A DNA stretch of 64,000 nt from the NCBI GenBank assembly GCA_001767435.1, contig MEKT01000037.1, forward strand, positions 25,840 to 89,839. Direction: 5' to 3'. The translations under genes and the position numbers were made by a program. Within the stretch, counting starts at the first letter, position 1. The number at the start of each line of letters is the position of its first letter. The notes beneath the pieces are model-generated. The model saw nothing but the letters and a program-made list of their open reading frames with translations, had not been told where the DNA came from and searched no databases. The stretch comes from Acidobacteria bacterium RIFCSPLOWO2_02_FULL_65_29 (GTDB taxonomy: Bacteria; Acidobacteriota; Vicinamibacteria; Vicinamibacterales; CAVVIG01). Positions 25,093-33,000 of this stretch are shown one piece after another.

Positions 25093-26244
25093 TCAGAAGA
25101 TGTCGAGAGGCGAGCGACGGCGAAGCCACTTCCCCACGCCGCGGACGATTCGACGGGCGTACAGCAGTGGGAGAAGCACGGCGATTGAGGTGTTGTTGGA
25201 ACGCAGGACGTATTCCGCGGAAGGAAAAAGATGCTGGTAAACGAGTCGAAGTCTGTCTGGCCACCTGGGAAGGGCCCGCAGGTCGGAGATGAACACATCC
25301 GCCTTGCGCCGGCCATTCTTCAAGAATGCCGCCGATCGCTCGACCTCGCCGAATGGTGTCTTCGCGATGAGATCGCTGAGCACAAACGAAGGGACCGGCG
25401 CGCCGCATGAGCGCTGGGCAGCCCGCAGCCCGCTCGCGCAGATCGCCCGGACGCGCCTCTGGCCGGCCAACTCCATGAAACGGTTCCACTGCTGTTCGGA
25501 CATGCCGGCGGCGAGTAGATGGATGTCGTACAGCCAGATCAGCCGGCGCGTGTTGTTGTGGTGGGCAACCCGATGAACGCATGCGAGCAACAGGGCGTGG
25601 ACCGCCGACAGGCCCCGCGCGCCCGCGCCGAGATAGGCGACCTGCACGGCCTCACAGGCGAGGTCGTCAAAGCTCGCCAGCTGTGCAAACGTTTGCGGCT
25701 CGGCGAGGCGCCAATGAATGTCGAACTCATACTTGAGGCCAAGGCGAGCGTCGCGCTGATAGAGAGTCTGATAGGTGACGAGTTCGCCGCTGACGCGTAC
25801 GCCAGGGCAGTAACCGAGATCGTTCATGAGACGACCGGCCGGCTGGCGATCGGATTCTCTGATCAGCAGATCGACGTCCGAGCAGGGCCTCAGGCAGGGA
25901 CTGGGATAATGAGTGTACGCCAGGTGCGTACCCTTGAGCAGCAGCGGATGGACTCCGCCCTCGAACAGCGCGCGTAGCACCCGCCTCAGTTCGACAAAGC
26001 GAAGCGACTCGGAGAACACCTGTGCGCGCGTCTCGGCCGCGAGGATCGTCCGCACGCGGTCGGGCCATTCTTGGCCCTCGCCGCGGTGGTAAAGCAGATG
26101 AGCCAGCAATGACTGGATGCCGTGCGCCCTGGCAGCCTGGATGAAACGCTCCTCCATGTCGCCGTTCCAGCTGGCGGGCCACCGTACAGGGTTGCCGCGC
26201 AGCGCTGCGGCGAGCAGAGCCTCGATCACGATGGGCCTTGTCAA
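25093..26244 (-). CDS. Uncharacterised nucleotidyltransferase family protein (PF14907-like)
   Basis: 383-aa ORF with LLLKGTHLAYTHYPSPCLRPCSDVDLLI and a later DIHW motif, typical of that family (from memory). Convergent with the operon. Confidence 0.65.
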   Translation of the reverse strand: MTRPIVIEALLAAALRGNPVRWPASWNGDMEERFIQAARAHGIQSLLAHLLYHRGEGQEWPDRVRTILAAETRAQVFSESLRFVELRRVLRALFEGGVHPLLLKGTHLAYTHYPSPCLRPCSDVDLLIRESDRQPAGRLMNDLGYCPGVRVSGELVTYQTLYQRDARLGLKYEFDIHWRLAEPQTFAQLASFDDLACEAVQVAYLGAGARGLSAVHALLLACVHRVAHHNNTRRLIWLYDIHLLAAGMSEQQWNRFMELAGQRRVRAICASGLRAAQRSCGAPVPSFVLSDLIAKTPFGEVERSAAFLKNGRRKADVFISDLRALPRWPDRLRLVYQHLFPSAEYVLRSNNTSIAVLLPLLYARRIVRGVGKWLRRRSPLDIF

Positions 26245-26429
26245 CTCAGCGTATTCAAGATGCGCGTCGAATCACTCAGCGTAACCGGCGTCAAGAGCAT
26301 ACGATTGTTTGGGCCGATGAGCACTCATGCTTGATCTACACCCGCGGGCTACTGGGTTTTTCCCGCGGGCTGCTAAGATAGGATTCGACCAAGATCGCAG
26401 TGATCGTCTATTCAGGGAGGATGACCATC

Positions 26430-26879
26430 ATGATGCTGCGTCAGATCGTGCCGCTTGCCGGTGTGCTCGCCCTTTCCGTGGCCGTGTTCGCCCAGGGCCC
26501 GCGGCGCGACGGCAGGTGGGAAGTGACCACACAAATGGAAATGGCCGGGATGCCGGGCGGACGCGGCATGCCCGCGATGACCGCCACTCAGTGCATCACC
26601 AAGGAGCAGGCCGACGACCCGCAGAGGATGACGCCGCAGCCGCCGCAGCGCGGGGGCGGCCAGAACGACTGCAAGGTGTCGGACTACAAGATCGTCGGCA
26701 ACAAGGCCACGTGGACGATGAAGTGCACCACGCCGCAGGAGATCGACGGCACGGGCGACGTGACGTACGGCAACGACACGTACGAAGGCACCATGACGAT
26801 GAACATGGCGCGCGGCGGCCAGGCCATGCAAATGACGATGAAGATGAACGGCAAGCGGCTTGGAGACTGTACGCAGTAG
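26430..26879 (+). CDS. DUF3617-like secreted/lipoprotein-type protein
   Basis: GGGAGG at 26415-26420. Signal peptide MMLRQIVPLAGVLALSVAVFAQG. Conserved Cys spacing and a C-terminal KRLGDC. Confidence 0.7.
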   Translation: MMLRQIVPLAGVLALSVAVFAQGPRRDGRWEVTTQMEMAGMPGGRGMPAMTATQCITKEQADDPQRMTPQPPQRGGGQNDCKVSDYKIVGNKATWTMKCTTPQEIDGTGDVTYGNDTYEGTMTMNMARGGQAMQMTMKMNGKRLGDCTQ

Positions 26880-26975
26880 GGCGTTCGTCGTTCTTCGTGC
26901 GGCGTTCGTCGTTCTATTCGTTCGACGTTCGACGTTTTCCGAACGACAGCACGTCGCACGGAGAACGCCGCACGG
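26880..26975. terminator. Long imperfect hairpin between convergent genes
   Basis: cgtgcggcgttc pairs with gaacgccgcacg, and further arms are built from the words cgttcg / acgtcg / cgcacg. Confidence 0.45.
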
Positions 26976-26977
26976 TT

Positions 26978-28216
26978 TCACCGCGCGACATGTGCCACTG
27001 TCTTTTCTACGAGGCGCAGGTACGCGCGGATCGTTTTCTCGAGATGCGGTTCGGGCGTGTCCTCTTCCTTGCAGTGCGACAACCCGTTCGACGAGTACGC
27101 GAACATCATCACGACCGGCATGAGCGGCACCATCTCGGCCGCGTCGTGCAGGGGTCCCGAGGGTAGTCTCGGCGCGTCGCCGGTTTCCTCGTGAACCGAC
27201 TCCTCGCACAACCGGACCAGGTTTCCATCGAACAATCGAGGTTCGATGCGCCACAGCCGCTTCCATTCCACCGTGACGTTGTTCTCGAGCGCTGATCGAG
27301 CGGCGACGCCGCGCGCGTCGAGCAGCATCGCGGCCAGCACGCTCGCGTCGAGCGCGCGCTGATCGAGCGAGATCTCGCAGACGCCTGGCACCGCAGTCAC
27401 GATTTTCGGCTCCACGTTCACGATGCCCACGGTGCAGACGACGCCGGCGCCCGGGGCCGAGTGGCGCCTGGCGATCTCGCGGCATCCGAGCGACGTCTGA
27501 GCCGCGGCGAGAAACGCGTCGCGGCGCATGGGAATCGGCGTCGATCCAGCGTGCGCGGCCTGCCCGGTGAAGCGCAGCATGTGGCGCTCGACGCCGAAGG
27601 TGCCGAGCACGACGCCCGTCGGCTTCCCCAGCGACTCCAGAACGGGCCCTTGCTCGATGTGCAGCTCCAGGTACGCGCGCGCGTCGATCGCCTGCAGCTC
27701 CTGGTGCGCGTCCCGCATGCGTTCCACCGACACACCGTTCTCTGCGAGCGCGTCGGGGAGCGTCGTGCCCTGCCGATCCTTCAGTCCGCGCACATCGTCG
27801 AGGTCGAGGCTGCCGGAGGCGGCCGACGATCCGAGCAGGCTCCGTCCGAATCGCGCACCCTCCTCGTCGGCCCAGTCGACGAGTTTCAGCGTGACGGGCG
27901 GCGTCGCGCCCGCGTGCATGCGCAGCGCCTCGATCGAAGCGGCCACGCCGAGCGCGCCGTCCAGCCAGCCGCCGTTCGGCACCGAGTCGAGGTGCGAGCC
28001 GACGATGACGGATTTTTGTGAGGCGCCGCGAATGGTGACCCAGTTGTTACCGGCCGAGTCGGTCGTGACGGGAAGCCCGAGCGGCGCGACCTTGCGTGTG
28101 AACCAGGCGCGCGCGTCGCGCCACACGGGACCCCACGCGAGGCGCTGGGCGCCGTCGGAGGTCGAGGTGAGCGCAGCCAGCTCGCGCAGATCTGAAATCA
28201 CTCGTGACGCGTCCAT
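26978..28216 (-). CDS. M20 family amidohydrolase (allantoate amidohydrolase / N-carbamoyl-amino-acid hydrolase type)
   Basis: 412-aa ORF. N-terminus ISDLRELAALTS...AGNNWVTIRG...VIVGSHLDSVPNGGWLDGALGV is typical of this family. Confidence 0.85.
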   Translation of the reverse strand: MDASRVISDLRELAALTSTSDGAQRLAWGPVWRDARAWFTRKVAPLGLPVTTDSAGNNWVTIRGASQKSVIVGSHLDSVPNGGWLDGALGVAASIEALRMHAGATPPVTLKLVDWADEEGARFGRSLLGSSAASGSLDLDDVRGLKDRQGTTLPDALAENGVSVERMRDAHQELQAIDARAYLELHIEQGPVLESLGKPTGVVLGTFGVERHMLRFTGQAAHAGSTPIPMRRDAFLAAAQTSLGCREIARRHSAPGAGVVCTVGIVNVEPKIVTAVPGVCEISLDQRALDASVLAAMLLDARGVAARSALENNVTVEWKRLWRIEPRLFDGNLVRLCEESVHEETGDAPRLPSGPLHDAAEMVPLMPVVMMFAYSSNGLSHCKEEDTPEPHLEKTIRAYLRLVEKTVAHVAR

Positions 28217-28253
28217 AGCGGCCTCATGTTAACAGCAGTGTTAGGATCGTGCG

Positions 28254-29381
28254 ATGCGTCCTCTCATGCTCGCGTGCGCTGTGGCGACCGGCCTCGCGCT
28301 CGCGGCGCCTTCGGCCCAGCAAGCGCCCGAACCGCCGCGGCCGATCGACCCCGGCGGCGTGGCGTTGCCACCTGAAGCCGAGTCAGAAGCCCAGACGCGG
28401 TTCTCGTTCATCGCCTACGGCGACACGCGCGGCCAGGCCGACGGCTCCGCGCTGCAGATCGACCATGGGAAGGTTGTGGACGCGATGATCGCCACGATCA
28501 AAGCGCGCGCGTCGGGCCCGTTCCCGGTGCGGTTCATCGTGCAGTCGGGCGACGGTGTCACGGCCGGATCCAACGCCGCGCAGTGGAACGTGAGCTACAC
28601 ACCGCTCGTCGAGCGGCTGCTGGGCGAGGGCGGCGTGCCGTACTTCCTGGCGGTCGGCAATCACGACGTGACCGCGCGACCGATCGACGACCCGCAGCGC
28701 CAGCCGGGGCTGCGCAACACCCTTGCGGTGATGTCGAAGATCTATCCGCCCGACGGATCTCCCCGGCGCCTGGACGGCTACCCAACGTTCGCCTTCGGCT
28801 ACGGCAACGTGTTCGTGCTATGCCTGGACTCGAACATCGCGGTCGACCGGCCGCAGCTCGAGTGGGTCGACAGGCAGCTCGACGGACTCGACCGCGCGCG
28901 CTACCGGCACGTGATTGCCGTGGTTCATCACCCCGTGCTGTCTTCCGGCCCGCATGGCGGTCCGATCGTCGAAAGCCAGACAGCGACTCTCCGTCAGCTG
29001 TACATGCCGCTGTTTCGCCGGCATCACCTGCGCCTGGTGATCGCGGGACACGATCATCTGTTCGAGCATTGGGTCGAGCGGTACACGGACGCCACCGGAC
29101 GCCATCGCCTCGACGAGGTCGTGACGGGCGGTGGAGGGGCCCCGATCTACACGTATCGCGGCGAGCCAGATCTTGCCGACTACCTGTCGGCCGGCGCGGC
29201 ACAACAGGTCAGCGTCGAGCATCTCGTCAAGCCGGGCCCGACCGTCGACGACAACCCGCATCACTTCGTCGTCGTGCAGGTGGACGGCGACTCGCTGTCG
29301 CTCGAGGTCGTCGGCATCGGACCGGCGCCGTTCCTGCCGTACGGGCGGCACGTCATCGAGCTGGCCGACCCTTCCCAATGA
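28254..29381 (+). CDS. Secreted metallophosphoesterase (calcineurin-like)
   Basis: Signal peptide plus the motifs FIAYGDTRG, QSGDG, AVGNHD and GHDH. Confidence 0.8.
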   Translation: MRPLMLACAVATGLALAAPSAQQAPEPPRPIDPGGVALPPEAESEAQTRFSFIAYGDTRGQADGSALQIDHGKVVDAMIATIKARASGPFPVRFIVQSGDGVTAGSNAAQWNVSYTPLVERLLGEGGVPYFLAVGNHDVTARPIDDPQRQPGLRNTLAVMSKIYPPDGSPRRLDGYPTFAFGYGNVFVLCLDSNIAVDRPQLEWVDRQLDGLDRARYRHVIAVVHHPVLSSGPHGGPIVESQTATLRQLYMPLFRRHHLRLVIAGHDHLFEHWVERYTDATGRHRLDEVVTGGGGAPIYTYRGEPDLADYLSAGAAQQVSVEHLVKPGPTVDDNPHHFVVVQVDGDSLSLEVVGIGPAPFLPYGRHVIELADPSQ

Positions 29382-29445
29382 GTGTTTGAATTTCGGAGTT
29401 CAGACTCTGAACTCTGAAGTTCCAGCCCGGTCCTTGTTAGTCGGT

Positions 29446-29919
29446 ATGGAGGCACGAATGGGCAAAGACGTGATGGTCATGGATCGGAGCGCCGGCGATT
29501 CGAGCATCAACGTGGGCCGTGTCATTGCCGGCGGACTTTTGGCCGGACTGGTGATCAACATCAGCGAGGCCATCCTCAACCTGTTCGTCGTCGCGGCCGA
29601 CATGGAGGCCGTACTCAAGGAGCGCAACCTCCCGCCGCTCGGCATGACGCCGATCGTCGGGTTCATCGTGTTCGGGTTCCTGCTCGGCATCGGCACCATC
29701 TGGCTGTACGCGGCGATGCGCCCGCGGCTGGGGCCAGGCGTCAAGACGGCGGTGATCACCGCTGTCGTCGTGTGGTTGCTGGCCTATGTCTATGCGGGTC
29801 TGGGCATGAGCTTGATGGGGCTGTTTCCCATGGGATTGATGACCTTTACGCTCGTGTGGGGCCTGGTCGAGGTCGTCGCCGGCGCGGTCGCCGGCGCATG
29901 GGTGTATCGCGAATCGTAG
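29446..29919 (+). CDS. Integral membrane protein, unknown function
   Basis: Four hydrophobic segments after MEARMGKDVMVMDRS. Start chosen after the intergenic hairpin; nearby ATGs are alternatives. Confidence 0.6.
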   Translation: MEARMGKDVMVMDRSAGDSSINVGRVIAGGLLAGLVINISEAILNLFVVAADMEAVLKERNLPPLGMTPIVGFIVFGFLLGIGTIWLYAAMRPRLGPGVKTAVITAVVVWLLAYVYAGLGMSLMGLFPMGLMTFTLVWGLVEVVAGAVAGAWVYRES

Positions 29920-30089
29920 CGTCTCACCGGGCCATATCCGACGCGATCGTGGACCGATGGATGACAGCCGAGTGGTCGACGATGGACTTTCTACGCCTTG
30001 GTCTCGTGACGTATCACGATACGGACGTTCGAGCGAGCACGTTCGGCGCGACGTTCAGTTGGATTCGTTCGGGCAGTGAGCGTTCGGGA

Positions 30090-33000
30090 ATGCCTCTGCT
30101 GGCGATGGCTTCGGTGACACTGCTCTTTGGGGCATTACTGTGTGCCGACCCGGCGTCGGCACAAGTCGTGGCCAGCGGCAAGTCGCTGACGGTGACCACC
30201 GCGAACGCCGTCGCGACGTTCAACGGACCCGACCTGGTCGGGTTCGTGAACTCCCTCACCAACGAAACCTACTTGAAGAACCCGAGCGCCGGCGAACTGG
30301 CGCAGGTCGACACCATCGCGTCCACAGGACAGGCCTTGCAGTCGTCGAACTGGACGATCGGATCGGAACCCGGGACGGGCCTTCCGCTCGCCACCATCAC
30401 CAGCAGCGATTCGGTCCGCACATTCACGTTGACCGTCAAGATCGATCCGGCCAGCCAGGAAATCGTCCTCCGCTGTGGCGCGAGCGTGTCGACGGCGGGA
30501 CTGCGCGGTGCCTCCTGGAGCATCGCGGGCCTGGATTTTACATCTGGCCGGCTGATCATCCCGGCGAACGGCGGTCGGATATTCGACCGGGCCCATCCGG
30601 ACATCGGCACGTCCATGGAATATCCGAACAACTGGCACGCGCAGATGGCGGTGTACGAATCCGCGCTCGGCAGCTTTGTGATGTATTCCACCGACGCGCA
30701 GATGTTTTTCAAGCGGCTGCGCCTGTCGAGCCGCGGCGATTCGACCGTGGACGTCGCCGTGGCCACCGAAGCGGTGGCGCCGTTCCCCTCGGCCACGACC
30801 GTTCCGGCCGTGGAGTGGCGGCTCAAAGCATTCGCCGGCGACTGGCGCGTATCGGCGCGGCTGTATCGAGACTGGCTGCTGGCCAATCGTCCGCCCGTGT
30901 CGAACGCCGCGCATCCGTGGGTCTCGGATATCCGTGCCGTCGTGGGCGTTTACCGGACGGATGCGAGCCTTCTCACGCCGCTGGCCGCCCTGCTCGTTCC
31001 GTCGCAGACGCTGCTGTACTTGGTCGATTGGCGACAGGATTCCTACGACATCAATTACCCCGACTACACGCCGCGCGCCGGCGTTGCGAGCTTCGTCTCG
31101 AGCGCTCACGCCCTGGGCTTCAAGGTCATGCTTCACACGGACCTGATAGGCGTGTCGCCTGGGAACGCCGATTACGCGGCCATGCAGCCGTATCAACTAC
31201 GGACACCGGAAACACTCGACTTGATGGGCTGGCAATGGGACCGTCTCTCGGATCCACAGCGCTTTGCCTTCATCGACCCGGCGGCGCCTTCATTCAGAGC
31301 TTTGTGGATTTCCAGGATGGGCGCGGCCATCGCCGCGGTCGCTCCGGACGCGTTGCACCTGGATATTTCCGGGTACACGTTCAACGACGGGAACGGACCC
31401 ATTGCGGGCCTCACATATCCGCAGGGCACGGATCAATTCCGCAAGGACATCATCGCGGCGTTTCCCAGTGTCGCTCTCGGGGGCGAAGGCGAAAACGACA
31501 TCTCGTATCGCTACGAGTCGTTCGCCCAGATCGATTGGAACGCTCCAAACAACCCAGGGCATCCGATTGCGACGTTCCTTTTCAGTCCGCAGGTCCGGTA
31601 CTACGGGTACCTCGGTCAGCACTTGGCACAGGACCCCGGCTTCAAACGTGATCTCCTCGAGTACGAGCGCCGCGCCATTCTGCCGCAGTTGCCAATCGGT
31701 TCGGCAAGCGATCTGGACATGAGCAATGCGGACAACGCGCGCCTCATTGGCCTGATCCAAAGCTGGCAGACTCACGCGTTTCAACCGGCGTGGACGGCCG
31801 ACTGGACGGGCGCGTTGGTGCGCTACGAGGGTCTGGCGGGGTCGACGGCGACGCTCACCGACTCCGGAGGACTGACGACGCTGACGGCGGCGGGCTCGAC
31901 GCTGTTTCAGCTCGCGCACGACGTGAACCAGGTGACGAGCGGATCGTTCCTCAACGCCTGGCCGGCCTTCGACAACACGACGCTGTACGGGTTGAACCCG
32001 ACGAGGCTGTACTTTCTCGATCCTGTGCCGCGGCCCGGGACGACCCATGCGACGTCGCTGCCGGCCGGCGTTCAGATCGGTTCGGGCACGGTCACCAGCA
32101 CGTCGTTCGCTCACATCGAGGTCGCGCCGGCCTCAGTGCCGCTATTCGATTTCATCGGAGGCCTGATTCAGGCGCACAGCGGTGTCCGGTTTCAGGGTGT
32201 CGACACGCCGCTCGGCAACGGCGCGAATGCATCGCCGGGTACGATCACCGCGGGAGGCGTGACACGCTCTGGGCTCCTGCTCCAGCCCCCCTTCCAGAGT
32301 CAGGTCGGCGGGGAGTCCTTTGTCGAGTATTCCGTGCCGGTGCCGACCAACGCCACGATGCAGTTCTCCGTTGGCGTCGACGACGGCGGTACGTGCACGG
32401 ATGGCGTGACGTTCCGCATCACGGCCAACGGGTCTGAGCTCTGGCACCAGCACGTGAACCGCGGCGGGTGGCAGGACATCCTCCTGAACGTCGCGGCCTG
32501 GAGCGGAACGACGGTCGCGCTGCGTCTGATCAGCAACCCCGGGCCGGCCGGCAACCCGCACTGCGACCGGTCGTTGTGGAGCCAACTCACCCTCGCCGTT
32601 CCACCGACCGAGTCCATCGCCGTGCCGTTGGCTCTCGCAACCGGTTCCGTCATCGCTGGCTTCGACGGAGATGGGACGCTGTCATCTGCTGTGCCGCTCT
32701 CAGCCACGGTCAGCAACGTACGGGTGCCGGGGGCCTTTACCGTCTTTACTCAAGTGGGCGCCGCGGTGTCCGCCGGAACGAACCTCGCCAGCCTGCCGTT
32801 CGAGGTTTGGGGATCGTCACATGGGGAGAGGGCCATACCGGGCGGCATTTTTGGATCAGGCTCGATCGGAACCGCCACCTCGGGTGGCGTGTCGAAATCG
32901 CAAACGATCTGGGCCCATCCCCCGAACGGCGGAACGACGATTCTGTCCTGGGTGCTTCAGTTGCCGGTCGGCCCGCTGCGCCTTGGCTTGAGCGTCGGTT

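Noticed and set aside
17405-26244. Classifying the operon as a lasso peptide cluster
   Set aside because: The leader motif, PqqD domain, HprK-like kinase, nucleotidyltransferase and C-terminal Ser are lasso-like. However, no asparagine-synthetase-like cyclase or transglutaminase-like B2 protease ORF exists in any frame of the region. The candidate core also has no Asp/Glu at position 7-9 after a Thr-x leader end at canonical spacing.
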